Assembly (NCBI GenBank): GCA_050575255.1 | Contig: JBNZDD010013671.1 | Coordinates: 3,010,812 to 3,074,811 of the forward strand | Length of the DNA stretch: 64,000 nt | Direction: 5' to 3' | Source of the DNA: Harriotta raleighana | Taxonomy: Eukaryota | Shown: positions 1-11,995 of the stretch, in pieces | Position numbering within the stretch: the first letter of the stretch is position 1 | How the letters are laid out: each line of letters opens with the position of its first letter | The notes under the pieces: generated by a model | What the model was told of the DNA's origin: nothing | Databases searched by the model: none | What the model saw: the letters and a program-made list of their open reading frames with translations, nothing else | Position numbers and translations under genes: made by a program

Positions 1-260
1 GCAGTTTAAACATCGATATGTCAACCCCAATAAATATCGATGGGTTTGACAATTATATCTTGCCTTTCTTAACCTCAGGATCAAGATTTACTTTGTGAAA
101 GCAACAAAACTTAGAGTCTACACTCTTATGTGACAAATAAGTTGAGAAATTATGGGAACTGAACAAAAACACTTGACAAAATCAGAAATAAAAGAAATGC
201 AGTAATTAGCAATTACTGTACCTACTTCAGTAACACGTGAGACTGCTCAAATGTCCTCTA

Positions 261-335
261 ATTAATTATAATCCTTGCATGTGATAATAGTGCTTTTTGC
301 GTCTCCTAAACGACTCAGAGCACTGCACAGCGCTT
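261..335 (-). mobile_element. SINE 3' tail fragment abutting and truncating DHRS7 exon 4 remnant
   Basis: Minus strand reads ...gagtcgtttaggagacgcaaaaagcactattatcacatgcaaggattataatta, a degenerate copy of the tail shared by the window's SINE family. Confidence 0.7.
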
Positions 336-336
336 G

Positions 337-453
337 ACATTTGGTCAATGGGACTGTACCAAGGAAATTCAATTGCATTATGGCTTCATGAACATCCAGG
401 TTTGTTTCCAGGAATAAGGAGGGCTGGAAATGCCCACTGTCATTGACCAAAAT
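337..453 (-). pseudogene. DHRS7: DHRS7 pseudogene, 5' part of exon 4
   Basis: Translates ILVNDSGHFQPSLFLETNLDVHEAIMQLNFLGTVPLTKC, matching recalled human ILVNNGGMSQRSLCMDTSLDVYRKLIELNYLGTVSLTKC. No AG between the pyrimidine tract and the first codon; homology ends at a SINE tail. Confidence 0.85.
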
Positions 454-1019
454 TAAAAAGGAGGCATCGAAAGGTTATTTGGAACAACAAAATTACACTT
501 ATAGAGCACCTCTCACTTTGGGAAGACATCCCAAGGCACAGTGTTCCACAGCTGCTGAGCTTTGCATATGCCTCGATCAAAAATAGATCTGGAATTATAT
601 GTAGGTCTTAAACTGGAAACTTATTTTAACAACAATGTACTGCAAGGGTTTTCCACAGTTCAATATCATTTTAATCTATTCAGAGCCATACAATATAAAA
701 CATGCAGCTGATTAAGATTACCAAACAGGAAATGAGCTCTCTTAATTCTTTGGTAACAAGCCTGGTGTTGTTTAAATTGGCAGCAAACAGTAGCAAATGA
801 CTGGAAAGGCACATTTGAGGAAAGCAGAAAGGAAAAATAAACATTCTTGTGATTAATATTATACCCTTCACGTGGAGAGGATGACCCAAGAGTTGCACAG
901 AATATATTTTAAATATGTAGTGATCGTGTTTTGCAGGTAAACACATAGTCAATTTGCATCCAGCAGCGTTCCACAAACTGGCGTAAAACACTCCCCCATT
1001 ACTATATTGAAGGATCCCC

Positions 1020-1100
1020 TTAGGCTGAGTTCAAAGCCCTGATATGGGGCTTCAACTCACAACCTTCTAACTCAGAGCTGAGGGTGCTATTCACTGAGCC
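1020..1100 (-). mobile_element. Old DeuSINE-like tRNA head fragment
   Basis: Minus strand ggctcagtgaatagcaccctcagctctgagttagaaggttgtgagttgaagcccc resembles the tRNA-derived 5' end of shark DeuSINEs (SacSINE1-like, recalled). Confidence 0.55.
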
Positions 1101-1661
1101 GGACTGAAATCTACGTTTCTTCAAAGGTAAGAGTCCATTTTTCATGGATGGACAGTACCTGAAGTGTGTCATGGAGTTCAAACTTACCTAACTTATTATG
1201 CTATGGATTTTACTGTTAAGGTAGAGATGTGAAATACATTACAAATTATATAACCTTTCATGTACACTTATGATATAAAAGGCTTTACATACAATATTAC
1301 ATACTTAGACACCACATATAGTTCTTGTCACTGAATGATGACTTACTCTACACTTAAAATTCACAAATAATAAGCAAGATTGTCAAACTCACTTTACTGG
1401 CAAGAAATACTGATTCCGTCTCTCTTCAGAAGTATTAAAATGTATGGAATTGTTGGGTGATATTTTCAGTCCAGGGCATAACAAGTATCCCACAGGTTAA
1501 TTTGCATGTTGACAGATGTCATATGGATTTTGCATAAATGAGGAATTGGTTTACAAATGAGCAGAGGAAGCCATCTTGTAAAGTGAATCAAACAATGACT
1601 AAATCCTGCATTAACTGGAATGCAAAATCCACAAGCACTGTGAACAGCATGGTTAACCTAT

Positions 1662-1855
1662 TTGTGGAGTCAGTGGTTAGAGCACTCACCTTACACCTGG
1701 GTTCAATTCTAAACAGGGTGAAACCTTGGATAAGTTTCCTTACTCCATAATCTCTCTCAAAAAAAAAAATTTGTTCATTTCAATCAACGCTGCTGAGCCA
1801 ATTGGCTGAAGATGTGAAACGTGCTATACCAAGTGCAAGGATTATTATTATTATT
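1662..1855 (+). mobile_element. tRNA-derived SINE, internally deleted copy
   Basis: cagtggttagagcactcaccttaca head, gaaaccttggataagtttccttactcca, tail tgcaaggattattattatt. Confidence 0.8.
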
Positions 1856-3251
1856 TGGGATGATTTCTTTTTATATAATTGTTGGAAATACATTGTTTTG
1901 GATGAGTTAGGCAATCCCAACTACCTCTTCTGGTGATTTTGCTGAATAGTAATGAATAACTATTTCTAAGAATGGGGAAGAAGTACAGATAAATACCCCT
2001 CTCATGTCTAAATTCATCTTGAAAAAGATAATTGGTGGATTACCTTGTCATTTAAGCATGTTACTGGCACAGATTAGCTGATGGTGTTCTTTTCCTCCCA
2101 CATAACAAGTGTCACTGTACATCAAAGTAACTCATTACTAGAGAATCTTTGATCTAATTCATTTAATAGAAATCTACATTGGCATTTTGAGTCCTTGAAC
2201 TCAGCTGATGAGAAATATCTAGATCAGATCAATAGAATAAACAGCAGTTTTCTATTAAAATAGGATTTCCACAAACTAAGAAGATTAACCTTGTTCCTGC
2301 AGCCCCCTGAGGGTGAAGAGGGGGCATCGGGAGTATTAGCCCATCATAGTTTGGTGCCTCTGAGGGCCAAAATTCAGGAGAGCAGAGAAATGGTATTCCT
2401 GTTTACCCAACAGAAAGCAGCGTGGAGTCAGAAAAATTCTCATCTCCAACAGAAACAGGTCAGTGTATTGGATTGTTTCTGCCAATGAATGACTTTCTTT
2501 TCTAAAACCAGCTCCTCTGGACTATTATCTTGAAAAGGAATCCCGAGGCATTTCCGATTTAATCCTGATTCAAATAAATGTCTCAAAGATTAAGGGATAT
2601 GTAAAATGTCATACGAGGGATCTATAATTTGCAACATCTTTAATATCTGCATAATCTTATGATGAGGTAACGAACAAGCCAATTAAAGGGGTATCTGATT
2701 GCACACAAATAGTGCGACATGACAATGATAAAGCCTGGATTGAGGTAATGATAAAAAAAAAAATCATCTTCGTTAAAAAGCAATGTTCCTGACAAAAATC
2801 TGATTTGTTAATTAAACCTGCTAACCTATTAGTTAATTTCCTATATTTTGTGCGAGGAGCAGCACAGGCATAACAGAGGATAGAAAATAATACTCTTAAT
2901 TCAAAGAGACAGAATTGAATAGGCAGGGAATGCTGCCAAGAGGAAGCTATGAATTAGCGTAGATTAAAACAAAACCATAAGCAGTTACAAGAACTGATGA
3001 TGCCTCCATAACCAATAACAAACCATCAGTCATTACAGTATTATATGCCAGTACTCAAATTTCACTACTCCGAATCAGAGTTAACAAACCACTGAATAGT
3101 CTCACCTATATTTTTGCATTATTTAACCTAAAGTTTACATAATTTACAGCAGGGTTGATATTCTGCCATTCCCCACCTAATTATTTAATTATGGCATTAT
3201 TACTTGATACCTTTATTTCAGTTAATAATAAATTATTGCTTGAAAACGTAC

Positions 3252-3357
3252 TTCGCCAAAGTGCTGGATAATGCTTTTTGTTGCATCCTCATGGGAGTCC
3301 CTTTCATTCAGTCAAGTAGCAGAACAAGAATATCCTTTTCTTGAAGCTTATTATGAC
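3252..3357 (-). pseudogene. DHRS7: DHRS7 pseudogene, exon 3
   Basis: AG/GT-bounded 106-nt segment encoding HNKLQEKDILVLLLD-(1-nt deletion, giving TGA)-NERDSHEDATKSIIQHFGE; recalled human NGNLKEKDILVLPLDLTDTGSHEAATKAVLQEFGR. Confidence 0.88.
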
Positions 3358-4618
3358 CTTCAAAAACAGGATATATGGACTCAATCGAGGGAATAATGTA
3401 TTAAAAATATGCTTCTCATCCCCAACCACCTGGCATTTTAGCTTGGTGACAATTTTTAAGCATTATATATTTTAAACAAAGGAAAACTTTAGTTAATCAG
3501 AGCATCGCTAAAGAATAAGGAGTTGGTTAAAACACAAACACAGCTTTATAAAGTTGCATCTCCGTAATCTCAAATAAGATGGAAGAAAAATTTATAATAT
3601 TTTTCCATTTGTTCACTTGAAAAATAATTCATAAAATGGCCTTCATTGGAACAGAAATGCTATTTATGTTCATCCTCAAACGTCAAGAATTTGTCTTTTC
3701 CTTCAATAGCAATTTTTCAACAGTAATTTTTCTAGATTCTATGTACAGCATCTTCACATGGGATTAAAATCACAGATAGCAATCCAAAGAAGTAAAGGTT
3801 TACTATGTCATAATTTTATCCCCTGATCTTTAAGGTTTTCCTTGCAGTTTGTTTAGAAATAGACAAATCATTTTTTTCAATCCAAAAGCTATCGCATGAC
3901 ACACATCCTGTAGCATCAAAATAAAGCTGTGCTTATCTACAATTATTACAGGACAACAAGGTTTCATTTTCAGTTTAATACATTAAACTACAGTATTGTT
4001 CTTTGAGGCTGAGCAGAAGCTACTATGAAGTCTTCAACCATGAAGAACAATTAAGATGTTGTCATGTCAGAGCTTTTAGAGAGAGATAGTTGGAGATAGA
4101 TAGATAATAGAGCTGGGAAAAGTCTGGGTTACCAGCAGAATGTAAAACTATTTTTGATTTTCACATGTAGGTTGACTTGTTGGGCAGTATATTTCCGTCA
4201 TTTTCTGTTTATATTTGAGATTTGCACCTTTATTGTGTTTACCTTCATTAACTCATCTTGCTGAATGGATTAAAAAAAGGAGTTTTGACACAGGCTGGAA
4301 AATAGGTGGTTTGTAACCTTGAGATCTGAATGAGGGGAATGGGGAATAGGTTGAAAGAATCTTTCCAAGATGTCGGTTCATTGATTTGCTTTTTTGGACT
4401 GATCAGAAAAGTTGCACATATGAGATATATAGTTATTAAGTAAGTCCAGTGCCTTAATATCATTGAATTCTCTTTCCGACACTGCTTAAATCTGCACTGA
4501 CCATCACATCCATATTTCCTCTACAAGAGCAGCAAGGCAGTGAATTGGTAAATTAATTATTTCAACACTTTTACATCTATCAATATGACTTTTTAAAAAA
4601 AATGTTCTGCGTACTTAC

Positions 4619-4768
4619 AGAGGCAGTTTTGCTTAACCCTTTGTACCTCGGCCTCTCTCCCAGCAGAGAGAACCAGTGAAGCTCCTATCTTGGCTAGCTG
4701 ATGTGCTAGTTCCTCTCCGATTCCGCTGGAGGGCCCCTGTTATCCGCACCACCTTCCCAGTTTGTTTT
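4619..4768 (-). pseudogene. DHRS7: DHRS7 pseudogene, exon 2 (Rossmann TGxxxGxG motif)
   Basis: cag|...|gtaagt bounded; encodes KVVRITGA-(+1 C)[37 protein letters not shown] against recalled human [45 protein letters not shown]. An upstream small deletion shifts the frame into TAA. Confidence 0.92.
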
Positions 4769-5276
4769 CTGCCAAGTATTAAGTATGCAAATCATGATTA
4801 CCAAAGCGGTTGCACAGCAAGTTAAAAGACACTTAAAATCTCCAAACAGATTATATTTCTTCAAGATGGGTGTCAACTTGGACACTGGCTGATGCACAGG
4901 ACCTCACACATCAGTGACATCTTTGCCAAAATGAAAGGCGTTTCAATCAGAAGCATGGCCTCTCCCAATGTCGTCATAATTATAGTCTGAAAGGCAACTC
5001 AGTAAAATCTCCCGTTTAACCCATTCAATGGTCAGTCACAGGGATCCACTCAGAAAGACACAGCTGACTGCTGTAGCATTATTTCCAGGGTCAGCTAAAC
5101 ATTGTTAATTATCGGCTTGAAGCTTTTGAATTAAATCCATTGAAATGCCAGTTCAATGGATGATTTTTTTTCTTTCATTCAAGATAAAATGTAGAAGAAG
5201 GATTACTCTTGTATGAATGCTATCTAAGGCATAAACTAGTTTTGTTAGCTAAATGGATACAGTGAAATCTCCTTAC

Positions 5277-5401
5277 CTGGAGTGTCACCAGGCCATTCTG
5301 CCCATCACAAAGCGATATCTCCCATCAGCTCTCACGAAACGAATAAACTGCACAATCACATAAATCAGCAGACAGTAAAACGCCAGTAACAGGAAATCCA
5401 T
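5277..5401 (-). pseudogene. DHRS7: DHRS7 pseudogene, exon 1 (signal anchor)
   Basis: ATG at 5401-5399; MDFLLLAFYCLLIYVIVQFIRFVRADG-(+1 G)-DIAL*WAEWPGDTP then G|gtaagg; recalled human ...VQLLRFLRADGDLTLLWAEWQGRRPE. Confidence 0.9.
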
Positions 5402-5468
5402 TGTCTTATAACCTGACAAAATAAAGAGAAAGCATTTGTTAAGTCGAACTAATCATTCAAATGTGCTA

Positions 5469-5692
5469 TCCTTACTCCACATGCCAAATAATAATCCGCC
5501 CAAAAAAGCCGCAATAATAAAATTTGGCATTTCAATCCACGTCTGTTTGTGGGACACTGCTGTGTGCAATTGGCTGCCGAGTTTCGCCTATAAACATACA
5601 GTCAATTCACTTTACAGTATATTCTGTGAAGCGCTTTGAGACGTCGATAAGATGTGAAAAGCGCTATATCAATTACAAGGATTATTATTATA
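5469..5692 (+). mobile_element. SINE, 5'-truncated
   Basis: Body gggacactgctgtgtgcaattggctgccg...ctgtgaagcgctttgagacgtcgataagatgtgaaaagcgctatatc plus (TTA)n tail. Confidence 0.9.
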
Positions 5693-6183
5693 TTTATATA
5701 TTAATATATTATATATTAATAACTCATAACAAAATAACAAAATCTAATAACAAAATCAAAACCCTTTGGAGAATTTGAAAAAAAAATTAAAACTTTAAAT
5801 TCATCAAATGTCCTTTTCCAGTTATTTTAAAATTTAATAATCTTTGCACTTGATATCAAATGCCCCACAAACAGCCAGAAAGTGAATGACCCATTTTATT
5901 TGGGCGTATGTATTGAAAGCAAGCATCCCAGTAGAAAAACCCATTCTCTTTTTTTTAATAGGGCAGTGAGTACAAGAATGAGAATTGAAAAATAAATAGT
6001 GAGCCAGGGGTTCTGGACAAAATTAGAAAGAAGATCATTTAAGATCCTTTAATAGATTGTGGAGTGATTTCACAGCTGGATTTAAGAATCTTCTGCCATC
6101 TAAAGCATAGTAGCTAAATTGATGAAGTAAAGTCTCCCTACCTATTTTGAAACGGGGAGATTTAATCAGGAAATAATAACACT

Positions 6184-6575
6184 ACAACAACAACAAAATT
6201 ACAATTATAAAGTGCCTTTCACGTCGGAATTCCCAAGGCGCGGAACAGTCAGGTTGGGACCCAAGCAAGGAAGAGGGGCAGGGTAGGGGGGAGGAATGGG
6301 AGAGAGTCAGAAGGGGAGGGAGAAAGTTGGGAGGGCAGAAGAGGATGGTCTTGAGACCGACCTTGAAGAAAGCGAGGCAGGGAGCAAGGCGACAGTGGAA
6401 TGGAGTTCCAAAGTGTGGTAGCAGAGAACCTGAAAGCTTGTCCGCCAATGGGAAGGGCAGGTACAGCGATATGGAGCAGGCCGGAGCCTGCTGAACGGAA
6501 GGGGCGGAGAGGTTCGTAAGGGGGCCAGCAGGTCAGAGATGTGCGGGGGATGGGGGGCGCGGGGGCCAGACCATG
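6184..6575 (-). mobile_element. L2-clade LINE 3' fragment
   Basis: Minus-strand translation IHGLAP...PLRPFRSAGSGLL...GGQAFRFSATTLWNSIP, typical of the L2 ORF2 C-terminus; ends in (TTG)n; same family as 51997-52850. Confidence 0.88.
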
Positions 6576-6919
6576 AATAATAAAAATAATAATTAAGAGA
6601 AAATGATGAGACATACAGCAGTAAGAAGGTGTGTGGTTAGACCGTAAAAAGCAAATCCGGGATCCTGTACTAAATTGTACTATTGGTTTGTTTGGGAATC
6701 AAATTATTATTGTTAAATGAAAACAATTGGTTGCAGTGTTTCATCCACCAAATATACAGTTAATTCACTTTGTAGTAAATTCTGTGAAGCTTTTCGAGAC
6801 ATCTTGAAGGATTCCATGATAAAGTATTTCATCCGTTCACGCACTCTGGAACTCCACCCCGAATGGCTTCTTCCCTTTAAGTTCCGTTTCAAGACTTTTC
6901 TTTTCGGCTGTGCTCTAAT

Positions 6920-7225
6920 AATCATAATATCAAATCTTCAAGATCTCTCAAAGAGCTTCACAGAATATACTACAAAATGAATTAACTGTTTATTTGGTGG
7001 CTGAAAAACTGCAACCAGTTGCGCACAGCAGTGTCCCCCAAACTATCGTTGATTGAGTGACCATAAATGTTTTCTGAAGGGGATTATTAACGCCGGAAAA
7101 GCGTTCTGCCAATCGACTAACAACTGGGTTCCTGGTAAACAGAGGCGTGTGTGGAGTAAGGAAACTTTTCCAACGTTTTGCTCTGCCTGCTAATCAAACC
7201 TCTCGCTTGCAAGACAAGTGCTCCA
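6920..7225 (-). mobile_element. SINE, diverged
   Basis: Reverse-complement matches to tail, core (gcgcacagcagtgtcccc) and head (gtgtggagtaaggaaac). Confidence 0.75.
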
Positions 7226-8977
7226 CGACGAGAATAACAACCACTTGAATTTATATACCGCCCTTCATTGCAGAGTAGCATTCCACAGCTCCAACCACTA
7301 AGCAGCCGGACTCCTGGTGTGGAGTTTTGGGTCAACTCCGCACCAGCAGTTGCAGTGTTTGTGTCGCGAGGGCCCTATGCAAAGTTCTGGATTTACCTAA
7401 GACCAAGAACACTGCCCTTGTAACCTCCCTCGCCTCCAACTCGGGCTCCCACTCGGTCTGGAGTGGTGAATGTTATTCGAATGCAAACCTTTTTTTTGTT
7501 GTTTTATGTAAATTATGAATCTTCAGCCAATAAGGTTTCGTCTGATATAATTTCAAACCCATCTTTATTGACTGAACCCCGTTGACATATTGCCTCAAGA
7601 GGAGATTGGAATATGACAATCCGGATGGCAACCCAATATTTCTTCTGAAAATGGTAGACATACAGTACAGGGACAACTGCAAGAAAAAAAATAACAGGTA
7701 CAGTTGGATGAAAGTTGGTTCCTGTGATTATTTTTTTTTCCCCCTCCTTTCCAATGAATTTGCTGTTGATGCAATCCATCTAATGGGAAGCATTAGGCAG
7801 GCCACAAAAGTGAGTCAATCATGATTCCAAGGGAAGATGATTAAAAGACTGTTTTCTCAACTGAGTTAACCTGAGAGTGACAGCCCTAATGGAATCTCTT
7901 TGAATGTTTTTGACGTTTGGAATTGTGAAGGTGGGGACATTAAATATTATCGTTGGAACATTTATACCAGTACGACTTGTAGAGAAAGAGAGAGCGATTA
8001 GTTTCCTTGTAATGCGGTATAGAAAATGAATTACTTGTATTTAAATTAAAAACACTGCTAATTTCAAGTTTAAAAAAAAGGCTTCTGATGTAATGAATGA
8101 CGGACGGGCAATGTCTAAACTGTCACATTTCATATTTGAAAAATAAATTATGTTGAGTGAGATTATTTAGTAGATAAAATGGGTGATAGGGTGAGATTCC
8201 AGCCATTTTTCTGAGAGACACATGTGCACCTATGCGAATGCAATTATTCGTGTTGTTGACTCTAATACAGTTTCTGGAAGTGTATTAGCAACTTATTTTG
8301 ATGATGACTGAGAAATAATTACAAACTAAAGCTTGTTTTGATAAATATAGTGGTAAGTGCTAAAGCTTTCCTTACTCAAGTTACCATGAGATCTAACAGC
8401 TCTGCTGGGGCCCAGAACGACATCTAATCTTAAGTCTGTTGGACCATTTTGTCTTATATTGAAGAAAATAGCACAGAATAGGAAAACATTCTCAAATCCA
8501 GTCTTAATGCGAATCTGGATTTATCTGGACAGAAGATCTGTGAAAAGAACCCACTTCCAAATTAGGGCTAAATGTACGAATCTTCTCAACTCTGCACCCC
8601 GTTAATTTGAAGACAAATGTTTGCAGATTGAGGAAGGTGGATGGATGGGAGAGATGAGGAACAAGTGCGGTGGATATTCCAGGTTTGCAGCTTCAGATTG
8701 AATTGAACAATCTTCCACATTTCTGTGTGCTCTTAAATCTGAAGATGAAATGGCCTATCTACCAGGCTAAGACTAGATGAAATGAATGTTGACAGAGAGA
8801 AAGAAGGCTGAAGACATGACCAGACTCTAAAACCAAAAGCAAGGAATATTATTATTATTATTATTATTATCATCATCACAAGACCAAGGAGAGAGGGAAT
8901 AATGTGAAGTCCCAGGAAGGTGGTTGTCCTTTCATCTGCTTCTGAAAATGAAGGCACAGTTGTACACTGTACATGAT

Positions 8978-9490
8978 GTGGTTAGAGCACTCGCCTCACA
9001 AACGAGAGACCTCGGGGGGTTGAATTCCCGGCCAGGGCGAAACCTTAGGCAAGTTTCCACACGCCTGATAAATAATCCCTCAAGGAAAAAAAAAACCAAT
9101 AATAAATTGGGTCACTTTCAATCGCGACCGTTTTTGGGGTCACAGCTGTGCACAATGGAGTCCTGTAAATTCAGTGGTTAGAGCGCTCGCCTTACAAGCG
9201 CGAGACCCGAGTTCAAATACTGGCTTACCCAATTCCTTGGGTAAATTTCCTTAGTCCACACACACACACACACACACCTGATAATAACCCCTCCAAATTT
9301 TTTTTTAAAAAAATTGGTTCATTTCAATCCACGACTGTTTGTGGGGGACACTGCTGTGCACAATTGACCGCCACGTCTCGCCCGTGTAATGTACAGTTGA
9401 TTCATATTTACAGTATATTCCGCAAAGCTCTTTGAGACGTCTAGAAGACGTGATAAGCCCCGTATCGCAATTGCAAAAATTATTATCATG
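8978..9490 (+). mobile_element. Two tandem SINE copies (partial 8978-9155, full-length 9157-9490)
   Basis: Two tRNA-like heads (gtggttagagcactcgcctcacaa; gtggttagagcgctcgccttacaagcgcgagacccgagttcaaat); the second has core and tail. Confidence 0.88.
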
Positions 9491-9945
9491 TATTATATAT
9501 TATTGTTAAGAAGGGAGGGAGTGAGGGAGGAGGAGATGAGGGGGTGGGAGGGAGGGAGGGAGGGCAATGTGGGGAGTGGGAAGGTAAAAGGAAGGAGGGA
9601 GGGAGAAGAGAGGGGGGTGAGGCAGGAGGGGGGAAAAAAAATGAAAGGGAGAAAGAAATAGAGGGAGGGAGGGAGAGAGAGAGAGACAAAGAGAGAAAAA
9701 GAAAAGCAAGAGATGTAGTGTATATATCAAACGCAGGCGTTGGTGTGATGTGGGTGTCAGCCTCCCCACCTCTCTCCCTCCTTCCTTCCCTCTCTCACCC
9801 CATCTCTCCCCTCCCCCTGGGCTCTCTCTCTCTTTCTGTGTGTGTGTGTGTGTGTGTCTCCCCTGCTGAGCTGGGGTGATGTGATGTCTCTCTCTCTCTC
9901 CACCTTGTGGCTGCCACACTAAGCCTCTGGGGGGGTGGGGAGTGG

Positions 9946-10163
9946 NNNNNNNNNNNNNNNNNNNNNNNNNNNNNNNNNNNNNNNNNNNNNNNNNNNNNNN
10001 NNNGAATTGTGTTGNNNNNNNNNNNNNNNNNNNNNNNNNNNNNNNNNNNNNNNNNNNNNNNNNNNNNNNNNNNNNNNNNNNNNNNNNNNNNNNNNNNNNN
10101 NNNNNNNNNNNNNNNNNNNNNNNNNNNNNNNNNNNNNNNNNNNNNNNNNNNNNNNNNNNNNNN
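9946..10163. other. Assembly gap over the probable PPM1A promoter (other gaps: 11996-12208, 27465-28015, 43402-43789)
   Basis: Runs of N flanked by simple repeats or TEs. Confidence 0.95.
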
Positions 10164-10275
10164 ATAATCAAGAAGAAGAAGAAGACGACGACGGAGGAAG
10201 GAAGGAAGGAGAGAAAGAGAGAGAGAAGGAGTTTTTTTTTGCTCGGTCGGTGTGTGTGTGTGTGTGAGAAGCTCG
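10164..10275 (+). other. PPM1A: Probable non-coding first exon of PPM1A (5' end in gap)
   Basis: Strong donor TCG|gtgagt at 10275/10276 next to the most GC/CpG-rich stretch of the window. The first coding exon has an acceptor 21 nt before the ATG, so an upstream exon is required. Confidence 0.55.
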
Positions 10276-10477
10276 GTGAGTGTCCTTTCTCTGTGTCTGT
10301 GTCTCTGTGTCTGTCAGGGAGGGAGGGAAGGAGGGGGGGGGGACAGTATTCATTTAGGCGACAGGAAGGAAGCCGAGGGAGAAGGGAAAGAAGGTAAAGA
10401 AGGAAGAGGAGAAGGTGGAAATAGAGAGAGAGAGGGAGGGGGGGGGGGAGAGAGAGGGGGAGGGAGGGAGGGAGGGA

Positions 10478-10735
10478 CAGCCCCGGCCCCGGCCTCAGCT
10501 CCAGCCCTCAGTCCCCGGTCCCCCGCTCAGCCCGCAGCCCCCGGCCCCAGGCCCCAGGCCCCGGCCCCGGCCCCCACTCAGCCCCGGCCCCCAGGCCCCG
10601 GCCCCGGCCCCCGCTCAGCCCCGGCCCCCAGGCCCCCGCTCAGCCCCGGCCCCCAGGCCCCGGCCCCGGCCCCCGCTCAGCCCCGGCCCCCAGGCCCCGG
10701 CCCCGGCCCCCGCTCAGCCCCGGCCTCGGGCCGTC
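10478..10735 (+). repeat. GC-rich 37-bp tandem repeat built from CCCCGG hexamers (CpG-island-like)
   Basis: Unit cccccgctcagccccggcccccaggccccggccccgg; ctca anchors at 10577, 10614, 10639, 10676, 10713 (spacing 37, 25, 37, 37). Confidence 0.9.
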
Positions 10736-10849
10736 AGAGGCGCCATGTCAGGCTCTGGGCCTCAAACCTCAAACTCGGGCTGAGCCGAGGCCTTCAGCAG
10801 CTCCGGCTCCTCAGGGACCCCCGGGGCGCTCTCTGTACCCCTCTCTCTC

Positions 10850-11995
10850 TCTCTCTGTAACCTCATCTCTCTCTCTGTACCCCCCTCTCTCTCTCTCTGT
10901 ACCCTTCTCTCTCTCTCTGTACCCCCCTCTCTCTCTCTCTCTGTATCCTCATCTCTCTCTCTCTCTCTCTGTACCCTCATCTCTCTCTCTCTGTACCCTC
11001 ATCTCTCTCTCTCTCTCTGTACCCTCATCTCTCTCTCTCTGTACCCTCATCTCTCTCTCTCTGTACCCTCATCTCTCTCTCTCTGTACCCTCATCTCTCT
11101 CTCTCTGTACCCTCATCTCTCTCTCTCTGTACCCTCATCTCTCTCTCTCTGTACCCTCATCTCTCTCTCTCTGTACCCTCATCTCTCTCTCTCTGTACCC
11201 TCATCTCTCTCTCTCTGTACCCTCATCTCTCTCTCTCTGTACCCTCATCTCTCTCTCTCTGTACCCTCATCTCTCTCTCTCTGTACCCTCATCTCTCTCT
11301 CTCTGTACCCTCATCTCTCTCTCTCTGTACCCTCATCTCTCTCTCTCTGTACCCTCATCTCTCTCTCTCTGTACCCTCATCTCTCTCTCTCTGTACCCTC
11401 ATCTCTCTCTCTCTGTACCCTCATCTCTCTCTCTCTGTACCCTCATCTCTCTCTCTCTGTACCCTCATCTCTCTCTCTCTGTACCCTCATCTCTCTCTCT
11501 CTGTACCCTCATCTCTCTCTCTCTGTACCCTCATCTCTCTCTCTCTGTACCCTCATCTCTCTCTCTCTGTACCCTCATCTCTCTCTCTCTGTACCTTCAT
11601 CTCTCTCCCTCTCTCTCTCTCTGTACACCTTTCTCTCTCTCTCTCTCTGTACCCTCATCTCTCCCTGTACCCTCATCTCTCCCTCTCTGTACACCTTTCT
11701 CTCTCTCTCTCTGTACCCTCATCTCTCCCTCTCTGTACCCCCCTCTCTGTACCCTCATCTCTCTCCCTCTCTGTACCTCTCTCTGTACCCTCATCTCTCT
11801 CCCTCTCTGTACCCCCCTCTCTGTACCCTCATCTCTCTCCCTCTCTGTACCTGTCTCTGTTCCCTCATCTCTCTCCCTCTCTGTACACCCCTCTCTGTAC
11901 CCTCATCTCTCTGTACCATCATCTCTCTCCCTCTCTGTACCCCCCTCTCTGTACCTTCATCTCTCTGTACCATCATCTCTCTCCCTCTCTGTACC
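10850..11995 (+). repeat. 22-bp pyrimidine-rich minisatellite (TGTACCCTCATCTCTCTCTCTC)n
   Basis: Perfect 22-nt periodicity ~11020-11595 with degenerate units on both sides; continues into a gap. Confidence 0.97.

Noticed and set aside
10252-10860. 202-aa Pro/Gly/Ala-rich ORF
   Set aside because: A product of the GC-rich tandem repeat and GA microsatellites; no domain and open in several frames.
10980-11595. Regular repeat array superficially like CRISPR
   Set aside because: No unique spacers, low complexity, eukaryotic context.
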